64,000 bases of DNA from the NCBI GenBank assembly GCA_016193315.1, contig JACPSJ010000001.1, positions 791,478-855,477 of the forward strand. The letters are read 5' to 3'. This stretch comes from Candidatus Kerfeldbacteria bacterium. GTDB taxonomy: Bacteria > Patescibacteriota > Patescibacteriia > SBBC01 > CAIJZX01. Shown here one piece after another: positions 47,619-57,188 of this stretch. The first letter of the stretch is position 1. Each line of letters starts with the position of its first letter. Position numbers and translations under genes: made by a program. Below the pieces are notes generated by a model. That model ran no database searches. It saw only the letters and a program-made list of their open reading frames with translations, and had not been told where the DNA came from.

Positions 47619-47652
47619 TGTGGATAACACACTGAACACTTCAAGTGTTCAG
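47619..47652. promoter_or_regulatory. perfect DnaA box plus second TGAACAC-N5-GTGTTCA repeat upstream of ftsA
   Basis: TGTGGATAA (47619-47627); CTGAACACT-TCA-AGTGTTCAG (47632-47652); TATACT -10 at 47591-47586. Confidence 0.6.
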
Positions 47653-48011
47653 AATAATTGCACCAGTTGGGGACCAAGAATCAGCAGCCCAATGGCGATC
47701 GCGGCCACGGCGGTGATGAGGACGGCGGCCGCCAGCAGATCTTTGATCAAGCCAGCGTAGGGGTGGATACGCGGCTCCAGGAGATCAACAAACCGTTCGA
47801 CCACTGTATTCACCAATTCTAGGGTCAGGATGCTGCTGATGAGGAAGATAATCAGAGCCGCTTGAACCCGGTCGAGCCCGGTGGCCAGGAGCAGGACCAC
47901 CACCACAATCGCCACCGCCAGGTGCAGGCGGAAGTTGTTTTCGCTGTCGAGCGCCCAGCGCAGTCCACGACCGGCGTGACGGAGGCTGGAAAAGAATTGT
48001 TTGAGACTCAT
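47649..48011 (-). CDS. dgkA: diacylglycerol/undecaprenol kinase family protein
   Basis: A.RGL..E.NFRLH, LELVNT.VE..VD, IKD..AAAVL. Confidence 0.9.
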   Translation of the reverse strand: MSLKQFFSSLRHAGRGLRWALDSENNFRLHLAVAIVVVVLLLATGLDRVQAALIIFLISSILTLELVNTVVERFVDLLEPRIHPYAGLIKDLLAAAVLITAVAAIAIGLLILGPQLVQLF

Positions 48012-48472
48012 GACTGAACGGTGATCGCTTCCTCTCGCTGTCGCCAGCGCTCGGCCGCCGCCGGCGTGTGGTGGTCAAAACCGCAGAGATGCATCAGGCC
48101 ATGGACCAGCAGGGAACGAAAATGCTGGGCGTAGGTCCGCCGGTATCGACGGTACTCACGACGCACCATCGCCGGACACAACACGATTTCACCCCACTGG
48201 CGTTCCGCCGGCGACGGGCGAAAAACATCGGGCGTAGACAGTCGCCAACTCAACACGTTGGTTGGCCGATCGATGCCCCGCCAGCGTCGATTGAGCCGGC
48301 GGCTGGCAGTGGGCTTCACGACGGCGATCGAGAGTTCGCCAGCCGGGCTGGCCAAGCGGCGACGGACCGTCTGCGCCCAGCGGCGGATAGCGGTCGTTGG
48401 GAGACCGGCCGAAACCTGACAATGAATGGCAACCGGGTATCGCCCAGGGCGGTTAGCTCGTGGCCGCGACAA
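48008..48472 (-). CDS. ybeY: rRNA maturation RNase YbeY
   Basis: LNRRWRG.DRPTNVLS, GEIVLC, HGLMHLCGFDH. Confidence 0.9.
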   Translation of the reverse strand: MSRPRANRPGRYPVAIHCQVSAGLPTTAIRRWAQTVRRRLASPAGELSIAVVKPTASRRLNRRWRGIDRPTNVLSWRLSTPDVFRPSPAERQWGEIVLCPAMVRREYRRYRRTYAQHFRSLLVHGLMHLCGFDHHTPAAAERWRQREEAITVQS

Positions 48473-49625
48473 GCTTGAAGCTCCGAACCATCATCTCAAA
48501 GGTAGTCCAGTAGTTGACTTGGGTCAACGAACCAGTGGTGTACTGGAGACTGTACACCTTCGTGTCGCGGAAGAGGTAGACGGCGCTTTCGTCTTCGCTA
48601 TAGATCCCTTCGAAGCCACCGAAGGTAATGGTCTTCAGACTGTTGACGTTAGCGTTTGGGTTAGCGCTTTGATACCAAGCCTCGGGGGTTTGACGCGTGG
48701 CATTGTCATGAATCCGCACTTGGAAGAACTCTCCCGTGGCTTGCGACGGGTTGATGAGGATGCCACCGGACTGATCCTGAACGCCAGTCCAGGTGCTGGG
48801 GATGAGCAGGCTGTAGGTATTGGTACCGTTCAGCTGCCGCTTGACGAGGGTCGAATCTTCGAGGCGACCGGAACCTTTGGGGTTGTAGCCATTATAGACC
48901 TCGCCGATCACGGTGCCATCGGACCGTTCCTGCTTACCGTCGATGAAACTGTCCTGATCGCTGTCCGGCTTGCTCGAGTCGGTGCCGTAGACGACCTCTT
49001 CGATATCGGTCAAGCCGTCACGATCACCGTCAGCCGACGATGGCAGCGGCGTCAAGCGCGGGGTGTTGGTGTTGGCATTGCCGTTAGCATTGGCATTCGT
49101 GTTCGCATTTGCGGCGTTAGTGTTGGCGTTGGCGTTGGCGTTGGCATTCCCGTTGACGTTGAGGTTGCCGTTCGTCGCACCGTTGACATTACCATTGGCG
49201 TTTCCATTGGCATTCCCGTTGATGTTTCCATTGGCCGGGCTATTGGTGTTGAAGTTCTGGTTTCGGTTTTGATTGACGACCGAGCCGTTGGTGTTATCAT
49301 TGGCCGGCTGGTTAAACACGTTTTGGAAAACGTACAGGCCCGCTACCCCCAGACCGGCCAAGACCAGAACCACGATGAGGATGATCAGGAGGCGTTTTGT
49401 TTTCCGTCCGCCGCCGGTGGGGCCAGGGGTGACCGACCGGAACTTTTCGGGCATGGTAAAAACTTTGGGCTGAGCCGCGCTGGGCTGGCTGGGTGGGGTC
49501 ATTGGCGAAGGTGGTGGGGGGGGAGGTGGCGGGTTGAAGGTCGGCGGAGGCGGTGGTGGGGGGGTGAAACTTGGTGGCGGTGGCGTCATTGGTCCCACTG
49601 GCGGGACAGTCGGGTTGTCAAACAT
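48453..49625 (-). CDS. membrane protein: Pro-rich N-terminus, TM, Asn-rich linker, Ca-binding DxDGDGL repeats
   Basis: Poly-Pro tract, VFTMPEKF, TM, about 85-aa NxN tract, DGDRDGLTDIEE..GTD..PDSDQD. Confidence 0.85.
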   Translation of the reverse strand: MFDNPTVPPVGPMTPPPPSFTPPPPPPPTFNPPPPPPPPSPMTPPSQPSAAQPKVFTMPEKFRSVTPGPTGGGRKTKRLLIILIVVLVLAGLGVAGLYVFQNVFNQPANDNTNGSVVNQNRNQNFNTNSPANGNINGNANGNANGNVNGATNGNLNVNGNANANANANTNAANANTNANANGNANTNTPRLTPLPSSADGDRDGLTDIEEVVYGTDSSKPDSDQDSFIDGKQERSDGTVIGEVYNGYNPKGSGRLEDSTLVKRQLNGTNTYSLLIPSTWTGVQDQSGGILINPSQATGEFFQVRIHDNATRQTPEAWYQSANPNANVNSLKTITFGGFEGIYSEDESAVYLFRDTKVYSLQYTTGSLTQVNYWTTFEMMVRSFKLVAATS

Positions 49626-49637
49626 AGGCTCCAAAGT

Positions 49638-50150
49638 TTATTGGTTTGATAGTTGTTGAATGGCTTCGTTCAAATTGCGGAGACTGCCGCTGCCAAGTGG
49701 GTTATCACCACGGGCAATTTCTTGACCGTCGGTCCCTCCGTCCCCGTCGGAGTCCTGAAGACGAGGGTTGGTCTGGTAGACGCTGGTTTCCTCGCGGTCG
49801 CTCAAGCCGTCGCCATCGCTGTCCGCCAAATCCGGATCTGTTCCCAAACGTTGTTCTTCGTCGTCCGCCAGCCCGTCACCGTCGCCGTCGTTGAGTATGA
49901 CTACTGGAAATCGTTCAAAGGTTGGGCGGGTGGTTCGATTCGTGGCGTTTGTTTGGTCGGTCGATGCGGCCGGGCGATCATTGACCTCCGTGGATGGCCG
50001 CCGTGACCACCATTGCTGAACTAGCAGTCCGCCCAGACCAACCAGGATCGCTACCCCCAGTATAAAGAATATTCTGGACCTTGCCAACCAGGACCTGCCC
50101 TCCCCGCCTGGGGACGGTGGCGTGGGTAGAGATAGCGACGGGTCAGGCAT
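49638..50150 (-). CDS. membrane-anchored protein with thrombospondin type 3-like Ca-binding repeats
   Basis: Three DxDGDG(L)xDxxE repeats after a TM helix. Confidence 0.85.
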   Translation of the reverse strand: MPDPSLSLPTPPSPGGEGRSWLARSRIFFILGVAILVGLGGLLVQQWWSRRPSTEVNDRPAASTDQTNATNRTTRPTFERFPVVILNDGDGDGLADDEEQRLGTDPDLADSDGDGLSDREETSVYQTNPRLQDSDGDGGTDGQEIARGDNPLGSGSLRNLNEAIQQLSNQ

Positions 50151-50152
50151 GG

Positions 50153-53100
50153 CTAGGGCCGGAGGGCATAATTAAAGCAGGAGCAGTTGCTGCCAGGAAT
50201 GCCGCTGCACGGGTTCGACCCCGGGGCATTGATAAAGTTGCCGGGACGGGTGTACTGCATGTTGGCGTAGAGAGTGTACGTGCGGCCGTCGGATTGGTAA
50301 GCATAAATGGTTGAACCGGACGGGCATTGAAAGGCCTTCCGCAGCTCCGACCAACAGCTGTCGGCTTCATAGCGGTCGTCAACCGAGACCTCCGGCGGCT
50401 TGCATTCCGGAATGAAAACATTGGCCGGATCTTCGGGCAGCGCCCGTCCCAGGGCGTTCCCCAGCGTCTGTTGCCAGGATGGCCAGCGCGAGGTCGACAT
50501 CCCGATCAGGAACGACCCGGCGGTTAGCTTCGGATATTCGTCGTTCTCCTCGTGGTAGTCTTTCAGGGCGGCCTTTATTGCTGCCAGGTCTTGAACGCGC
50601 CTGGTGTCGTCGCGGAGAATCGGGCGCCAACCGGCTCCCGGCAAGTTGGTGTTAAATACCACGGAGTTGATCATCTGATTGAAAATGTTCTTCGTTTCCG
50701 GTGCGGCCGCGTTGGAGTTGTAGTCGATAACGAAGATGAAGCCTTCGAGCGGTCCGCCGTCAGTGATATCGGTCACCCCGATGTAGGCGGTGGTGCCAGT
50801 CCGAAACGCCGGGTAGCCGCCGATGGTGGTCGAACTGCCACCGCTGTCGAGCGGAAAACGTTGACGAAACCACTCGTACGGCGGGAGCAAGTCCGGGTTG
50901 CGATAGATAAGCAACCCGATGACGTCACGGCTGGTGGCCGATTCTTTAAAGAACATGCTCTTGACCCGATTAGGGTCGGCGGCATTCTGACCTTCGATGA
51001 CGCCGAGCCGACCATTTGAACCGGTGTAAATGAAATCGGGGAGCAGCGGCCCGCCGCTTTTCCCCCGGCAGTAGGACATGGTGAAATGGTAATCCGGACA
51101 CGGTGCCCGGCTGTCGCAATTGCCGACGGCGTCGGTAAAGCCGCTCTGGTCGGCATCGACGTAGGCCCATGGGTTCTCACAGAAATCAACAATAGCATCG
51201 GCGTCACCGCAAATCTTTTTACCCTCGTCGCTGCCAACGCTGTCCTCCGTCACATTGGCGCAGGCCTGAATCGTCGTCGCACCATTGGCGCGGGCGGTAA
51301 CGTTGGCAAACGTGAAGTTCCGGTCATCGGGCCCGGCCATCGATGCGCTGGCCACGCCCTCATTGCTGCTCTTCCAGCCCCACTTCCAGGCGTAGACGCC
51401 GGGCACATTGCTGACTCCCTCACCGCGCTCCGATAGGGCCCCGGCCCAAAAAAAATGGACTTCATCCTGGGCGGAAAATCGCCAAAAGTTCGGGCTCACT
51501 TGGATGTCGGCCACCCGACAAATGCTATCGCCGGTTGTATAGGTTATCGGACTGGTGATCGCGCTCGTGGTAACGTTGGCCCGAACGCCGTTCGTCCCGC
51601 GGATGAGCGTATCCCCACCGTAAGTGATTTTTTCGACTTTGATATCATCGCACCAGGTCTTGGCGCCCCACCAAGCGTAGCAGTCAATATGCAATTTCGA
51701 GGCCGGGAAAGCGCGATTCGTTTTGGCCACCACGACTTCAATGAATTTCCATCCACCCGAGGGACCGGAGAACACTCCTGGGGCGGCGTCAACGAGATCG
51801 AAACCGCAGTTATTGAAATCGTGACAGACGACAATGAGCCCATTTTTTTTGCCTGGCGTCGACCCCTCAACTTTGACCCAGCCGGTGACGCGGTAGAGCA
51901 CATCAAAGTCTTCCGTCCCATCAATCGTTTGCGCCTCCCATGATTGATCCCCGGCCGGGCAACCGCTGCAGTCCGCAAAGCCGGAAAATCCGGTGTGGTC
52001 GGGTGGAACGTCTCGGGACTGCTTCCCGTTTCGGTTACCCCAGATGGTCGGGACGCCATTGACATCGGCCTCCTCAAAGCTGGGATTGCCGAACGCAAGG
52101 ACCGTTGTCGTGCTGCGGGTCGTCAGGTGGAACGTTTGGAGCGCGCTCGGGGACAGGATGCCGGGGCTGTAGAGTAACCGCCCACTCGAACCGTCATTGA
52201 GAACACGGGATGAGCCGAACACAACGCGACCCTTATCGAGGTACTGAACCGTCTCGCCGGTGACTGAGGCTTCATCGATCGGCTGGTCGAACGTCACCTC
52301 GAGGCGGGTGTTGCGACAGATGCCCGTCGCCCCGTCGGCCGGACTGGTACCACTGATCGTTGGCCGGGGCCGGCAGCAGAAGTCGCGAGCGCAGCCATAA
52401 TCTTCGGTGGAGTATTCCGGCGCGCAGTGGTCGTCGATGGCGCAGCGCTTGGTGGTGCAGCTCAACGCGCCGGGATCGCTGACTTCGAACGGCCAGGGGT
52501 TTGAGCCGACGTCTTCGTTCTTCACTCGTACCTCGCTCGGACCGACGGCCGCGTCGGTCGGGATCTGGGTGCCAATCTTGGTGTCTTCCCAGCTAGCGTA
52601 GGTTGACATGATCGCCAGGGAGCCCGAGCCAAGGTGAATAATATTGGCCTGGTCATGATCGGTCCGCTTCGCCGGTTCGTCGTCGCCGAAGCGGGCGCCG
52701 CTCGCGGTCACGCCGGTCAAGATCGGGCCCCGCGTTGGGTTGAGGCGACAAAGGCCAGGCGTGAGGGCGTCACTGTTGACCGTGAAATCCGGCCCGTCAG
52801 CCTGCCGGTCGTCGAAACGGTTCACCCTGACCGGGCCGCTGACGGCGTCGTCGCCGCCATCGGGCGTGCTGCGGTTCGGGACCTCGCGAACGATCCGCTC
52901 GTTGGTCCACGTTGCCGCCGGTGAGAGACAAATATCAGAATCGGGGGCAATTCCTTCGCGATCGTCGGCATCACCGGCGGCCCCGAGGAAGATGACCTTG
53001 CTCTTGGCGCCGTCGTAGCCACCGAACCAGCAGCCTTTGACCGTTGTCCAGGTACCAATCGGGCCGGCGGTGGGGTCAAGTCCGTTGACCACCGGCGTGC

Positions 53101-56100
53101 ATCGATTATCCTCGCAGGTGGATCCTGGACAAGCTTCCCCGAAGCGGTTCGTCCGGCAGTCATCGCTCGATCGACACGAGGTCGGATCATAAAGAATGCG
53201 CACCGCGCGGGAGGTTTTTCCCTCCGTAGCCACGGTCGTGTCCGTTGATCCGCCCGCCACCGGATCCGCCGGATTAAACGCTAGCACGCTCCGACCAGAG
53301 CGGCCACTCAGTTCGGCGGCATCGCTATTATTGGTATCCCAGGCATAAGTCAAGCTGCCGGCATCCAGCAGGCGGCATTCCGCATCCAGCGGCTGGGCGC
53401 TCATGTTGACACCATACGGCGTCTCCCGGAAAGTGTAGCTGATCGGACTGGCCGCCACCGCGGTGCCAAAGGCGACCGAGGAATTGATGACTACGCTGGC
53501 GATCGGGCACGGTGCGCCGTCGGCCTTGGTGGTAAACTGCCATACATACGGACCGGCCAGTGGGATGTCGGTTGCGCTTTTGACCCCGGTGGTAATCGAG
53601 GCTTGGTAGTTCGTGGAGGCGGACAGGCCGCCGGTCGGATGGAGGCTGCAGCCTGGATCGCATTTCTCCAAGTAGATGTTGCCGGTAGTGAAGGTGGTGG
53701 TATTCATGTCGACCGTGAAACGGGCCGTGACGTCGCTGTTCAAACAGACGTCGACATCTGACCGGCGGGGGCTCGGGCTCGGCAAGATGCCACCCTCAAG
53801 ATCGCAACTTGCTTCTTCCGCCACTCGCGGCGTCGTGTCTCCTGGTCCGGCCGGAGCGGTGACTGAGTAGGGCAAAGCATTACTCACGGCACCATCGCCT
53901 CGCCGGACGGTCAGGAGCGCGCTCAGCGGCGCCGGCGTAGTGGCTGGGATCTGAGCATTTCGAATCTGTTCTTCTGACCAGGTCGCCGCGCTGACGTTAC
54001 CGAGTTTCGGTGGTGGCGCCGGCGAGAATAAGACGGCACTGTTGCCGGGGTCGTAGCTGCCAAAACGTTTACCGCCCAAGGTGGTGTAAGACTCCGGGGG
54101 ACCGCTATTGGGAGTAACGGACAGCAAGCACACCCCGTCGCTACCATCGCCGGCCTGGAGAAAGAGGTTTTCCTCGTTGCTTTCCAACGGACCGATCGGA
54201 TCATCATACTTGACGGTCACCTTGTATGGATGCGTTTTGTCGAACTCACCGGCGTCGAACGGCGGGTCCGGCGTTGTCACCTCGGACACGATAACGTTAT
54301 TCTGCCAGCCCAGCACCGGCTGATCGGTCCCCTCGAGTTGAACAATGTCGCCGGGGTTCTGCCCATCGCTCTCTCGCACGGCCGCTCCCGGCGGCTTCTT
54401 CTCGAAGTAATTGCCGACCACGGAGACGCAAGCTCCAGTTTGTCCGCTACTGGGGTCTAGGCGATCAATGTATGGCGGCTGGACGCAGCTTTCGGCCGTA
54501 CCGGTGGTAAAGCTCCAGGTGCGGCTGAGTTTCGTGCCTTCACGATCGATGACCAGATCGGTATTGACCGTGGCCGTATGTGGCGTCTCCGGGCTAAGCA
54601 GCAGCGTCTCTGGCACAAAGCCGTACTTCGTACAACTCCGTTCTGGATGTTCTGAATCGAGCGGGTCGAGCACCCGAAAGCCGCGGCCCGGATTCGGGGA
54701 CAAGGTCCCGTCGCGAACCAGGCTGCCACCGCCAGGTTCGCAGTCTGGTTCGCCGATCTTCCACATCGAAGTGGCGAACTTGACGAACACTTCGCTGGCA
54801 GGACAGATGGTCCCGGCCAAGGGGTAAACGAATTTAATGCCAGCCACGACATCGTTCGTTTCAAACACCCATTCGTACGGTGTCGCCTGTTTCGTGCCGC
54901 ACAGGGAATAGAAATCCTTAGCCACAATCTTGTACCACGTAAACGGCTCGAGGCGGACGCCGTCTTTGAGCTGCAGCCAGGCGCCGGTGCCGAACGGCTC
55001 GACCGTGTAATCACTAGACGGGAGCGGCGTCGGATCAACCGTCCCGCCGGTACCATCATCCGGATCCGGCGCCGTGGTAAACTTGAATAGTTGAATATTG
55101 TCATTCGTCACCAGGTTCGTGTCAATGGCGTTGTTGAATTCAACCTTGAACGGATATCGCTCGCGGTCGACGTTGCGGTCCGGTTTGCCGACCCCGGTGA
55201 GGTAGGTCGAGCTTGGCAGCGTTGACGATGCTTCTAGCGCTGGACCGGACACATCGGTGCCCACGCTGAAGGTCCAGTAAATCAAGTTGTTTGTCTCGTC
55301 CACCTTGCAATTTTCGCCTGGCACAGCATCCCCCTCGATCGGTTCACCAGCGCTGTTGCGCTGACACTTCTGCAGCGTTCGGCCCGGATCAGTCGTGTCT
55401 TTGATGGCGGTGGGGGCGTCGCGGGCCGGAACGATCAACCGGTAGGTGGTGTTGGTGGCGAACCAGCGGTTGTCCGGGCTGGCTTCATCCTCGCTGAACG
55501 AACGATGGTAAAAAGTGATAGCTTTGCCCTTGGCTACCCACTCGGCTTTGGTGTCGCCAGCCGCGCCAGTCGGCCGGTCGCCGGAGAAAACCTGGGGGCT
55601 GATCTTGCTGCCAGCTGGCAGACTAAACTCGCCGTCTTCGCAAATGTCATCGCCTACGCCGTCGCCTCTGACATCACTACACTCCAAAATCACCAGATTG
55701 GGATCGCCATCGGCCAAGTCGTCCTCCACCGCCGCTCTGACGGTGTCGATATCCAGATCGTGGTTGAAGTACAAGGCCGCGGCGCTCGAGCGCGGCACGT
55801 TGGTGTCGTAATCCGGACGGACGGCACAGGTGGTGACGCCGGTCAGGTCGAACGTCCGTTCGCCCGACCCCAGACAGCCGAAACCGACGCAGCCACCGCC
55901 GCGATCGCTATTGCTGCTGGTCGTCACCCGCTGGAACGTCCGGACGACAAAGAAGACGATCGCCCAGGCCAGGAGAATAATCACTAGGCCGATGAGCGCC
56001 TGCAGAATGACTTCTTTCGCCTTCTCCACCCGCTGCTCGTTGCCGCCGGCGGTCAGCCACAAGTAGCCACCATAGATGAGATAGGCCACCGCCACCAGGG

Positions 56101-56320
56101 TCACCAAGCCGAGCAGGATGCGGATGAGATTGATGATGACCTGCCGCAGGTCGGCGCTGCCCAAACCGATCCGGCTGCCGATCGACTCGACGCTAAAGGT
56201 GGTCGCCGTTTGGGCCGAGACCGTGCCGCTGGCAAAGGCCCACCAGCCGAGCAGCAGGCCGGCCACGAGCACCCCAGTCACGAGCAGGGCGCGTCGGTTC
56301 ATCCCAGGCAAGGCGGACAT
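50153..56320 (-). CDS. giant (2055 aa) surface protein: VirB2/TrbC-like pilin, Ig-like/IPT repeats, CBM-like domain, GspG-like C-terminus
   Basis: IYGGYLWLTAGGNEQRVEKAK..ALIGL; multiple W.F.T Ig ends and P..G..G..V.V.G..F IPT starts; RDDTRRVQDL..YP..LPEDP. Confidence 0.88.
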   Translation of the reverse strand: MSALPGMNRRALLVTGVLVAGLLLGWWAFASGTVSAQTATTFSVESIGSRIGLGSADLRQVIINLIRILLGLVTLVAVAYLIYGGYLWLTAGGNEQRVEKAKEVILQALIGLVIILLAWAIVFFVVRTFQRVTTSSNSDRGGGCVGFGCLGSGERTFDLTGVTTCAVRPDYDTNVPRSSAAALYFNHDLDIDTVRAAVEDDLADGDPNLVILECSDVRGDGVGDDICEDGEFSLPAGSKISPQVFSGDRPTGAAGDTKAEWVAKGKAITFYHRSFSEDEASPDNRWFATNTTYRLIVPARDAPTAIKDTTDPGRTLQKCQRNSAGEPIEGDAVPGENCKVDETNNLIYWTFSVGTDVSGPALEASSTLPSSTYLTGVGKPDRNVDRERYPFKVEFNNAIDTNLVTNDNIQLFKFTTAPDPDDGTGGTVDPTPLPSSDYTVEPFGTGAWLQLKDGVRLEPFTWYKIVAKDFYSLCGTKQATPYEWVFETNDVVAGIKFVYPLAGTICPASEVFVKFATSMWKIGEPDCEPGGGSLVRDGTLSPNPGRGFRVLDPLDSEHPERSCTKYGFVPETLLLSPETPHTATVNTDLVIDREGTKLSRTWSFTTGTAESCVQPPYIDRLDPSSGQTGACVSVVGNYFEKKPPGAAVRESDGQNPGDIVQLEGTDQPVLGWQNNVIVSEVTTPDPPFDAGEFDKTHPYKVTVKYDDPIGPLESNEENLFLQAGDGSDGVCLLSVTPNSGPPESYTTLGGKRFGSYDPGNSAVLFSPAPPPKLGNVSAATWSEEQIRNAQIPATTPAPLSALLTVRRGDGAVSNALPYSVTAPAGPGDTTPRVAEEASCDLEGGILPSPSPRRSDVDVCLNSDVTARFTVDMNTTTFTTGNIYLEKCDPGCSLHPTGGLSASTNYQASITTGVKSATDIPLAGPYVWQFTTKADGAPCPIASVVINSSVAFGTAVAASPISYTFRETPYGVNMSAQPLDAECRLLDAGSLTYAWDTNNSDAAELSGRSGRSVLAFNPADPVAGGSTDTTVATEGKTSRAVRILYDPTSCRSSDDCRTNRFGEACPGSTCEDNRCTPVVNGLDPTAGPIGTWTTVKGCWFGGYDGAKSKVIFLGAAGDADDREGIAPDSDICLSPAATWTNERIVREVPNRSTPDGGDDAVSGPVRVNRFDDRQADGPDFTVNSDALTPGLCRLNPTRGPILTGVTASGARFGDDEPAKRTDHDQANIIHLGSGSLAIMSTYASWEDTKIGTQIPTDAAVGPSEVRVKNEDVGSNPWPFEVSDPGALSCTTKRCAIDDHCAPEYSTEDYGCARDFCCRPRPTISGTSPADGATGICRNTRLEVTFDQPIDEASVTGETVQYLDKGRVVFGSSRVLNDGSSGRLLYSPGILSPSALQTFHLTTRSTTTVLAFGNPSFEEADVNGVPTIWGNRNGKQSRDVPPDHTGFSGFADCSGCPAGDQSWEAQTIDGTEDFDVLYRVTGWVKVEGSTPGKKNGLIVVCHDFNNCGFDLVDAAPGVFSGPSGGWKFIEVVVAKTNRAFPASKLHIDCYAWWGAKTWCDDIKVEKITYGGDTLIRGTNGVRANVTTSAITSPITYTTGDSICRVADIQVSPNFWRFSAQDEVHFFWAGALSERGEGVSNVPGVYAWKWGWKSSNEGVASASMAGPDDRNFTFANVTARANGATTIQACANVTEDSVGSDEGKKICGDADAIVDFCENPWAYVDADQSGFTDAVGNCDSRAPCPDYHFTMSYCRGKSGGPLLPDFIYTGSNGRLGVIEGQNAADPNRVKSMFFKESATSRDVIGLLIYRNPDLLPPYEWFRQRFPLDSGGSSTTIGGYPAFRTGTTAYIGVTDITDGGPLEGFIFVIDYNSNAAAPETKNIFNQMINSVVFNTNLPGAGWRPILRDDTRRVQDLAAIKAALKDYHEENDEYPKLTAGSFLIGMSTSRWPSWQQTLGNALGRALPEDPANVFIPECKPPEVSVDDRYEADSCWSELRKAFQCPSGSTIYAYQSDGRTYTLYANMQYTRPGNFINAPGSNPCSGIPGSNCSCFNYALRP

Positions 56321-56354
56321 GGTTCTGGTGTTTGGTCTTTGGTCGTCGGGCTGG

Positions 56355-56795
56355 TTAGCGCAAAAGGGTTTTGACGGTCGCCGATACTCGCTCGCCTTCG
56401 GCCTGGCCCTTAATTTTTTTCATCACCGATCCCATGACGCGACCGAAATCACCCGGTCTAGCCTTCAGTTCAGCGATCGTTTCTTTTACCACCGTCTCGA
56501 GTTCCTGGTCGCTGTACTGAGTCGGCAAGTAGTACATCAGTTCTTGAAGTTCGGCTTGCTCTTTGGCGGCCAGGTCGGCCCGCCCCCCCTGCTGGTAGAG
56601 AGCTAAGGCTTCGCGTCGGCGTTTGGCCTCAGTGGTCAGAACGGCGATGATTTCCTCATCATTGAGGTTGTGCCGGGCGGCGATCTCGGCGTTCTTGATG
56701 GCCGATTTTAAGAGCCGTAGCACGTCAATCTTGACCCGCTGGTGGGCTTTGAACGCTTGCTTGTAGTCGTGTTCAATTTTTTCCATCAAAGCCAT
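56355..56795 (-). CDS. yqeY: GatB/YqeY domain protein
   Basis: K.A.KA..LRLLKSAIKN.EI..KRRRE..Y..GGR.DLA..E..YLP.Q..FGRVMG. Confidence 0.9.
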   Translation of the reverse strand: MALMEKIEHDYKQAFKAHQRVKIDVLRLLKSAIKNAEIAARHNLNDEEIIAVLTTEAKRRREALALYQQGGRADLAAKEQAELQELMYYLPTQYSDQELETVVKETIAELKARPGDFGRVMGSVMKKIKGQAEGERVSATVKTLLR

Positions 56796-56806
56796 CGCAC
56801 GGGCGG

Positions 56807-57082
56807 TTAGCTGACGGGGATGGTCGGTAATCGCTTGCGCCGACGGGGACGATTTTTCAAATCAAATTCTTCCAGCTTGCCGAGTTTGCGTAGTAACTCC
56901 CGCTCTTGGCGGATGGATTGGCGCCGCAGCGCATCCACGCGAATTGCCCGTTTGTTCTTCGGCGGCTCGTAGAACCGCCGCTTCTTGGCTCGCAGGAGAA
57001 CGCCACTCTGCTGGATACGTTTTGAGAACCGCCGGAGTAGGCTTTCGCTTGATTCATTGTTTCGTCGCCGGACTTCGATCAT
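56807..57082 (-). CDS. rpsU: 30S ribosomal protein S21
   Basis: EV.R..NES.ESLLRRF.K....G.L...K.RRFYE.P; upstream of yqeY. Confidence 0.85.
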   Translation of the reverse strand: MIEVRRRNNESSESLLRRFSKRIQQSGVLLRAKKRRFYEPPKNKRAIRVDALRRQSIRQERELLRKLGKLEEFDLKNRPRRRKRLPTIPVS

Positions 57083-57159
57083 GCGCTTACAAGCTTGGAG
57101 TTCAGATGGGAGTGAAGTTGATGTCCGGGGTACCTTTTTCGAGGGCCGCCGGCGTCGCT

Positions 57160-57188
57160 ACTCTACCACCTTCGGCGTCGAAAGTCAA
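57160..57188 (-). promoter_or_regulatory. sigma70 promoter of rpsU
   Basis: TTGACT-N17-TAGAGT with extended TGn. Confidence 0.6.

Noticed and set aside
49060-49260. Phase-variable DNA microsatellite (TTGGCG/TTGGCA runs)
   Set aside because: Hexamer units are in frame and degenerate, reflecting the Asn-Ala protein repeat rather than an on/off switch.
48426-49649. 407-aa plus-strand ORF
   Set aside because: Antisense shadow of the Pro/Asn low-complexity gene; the same applies to the many other antisense ORFs in this GC-rich window.
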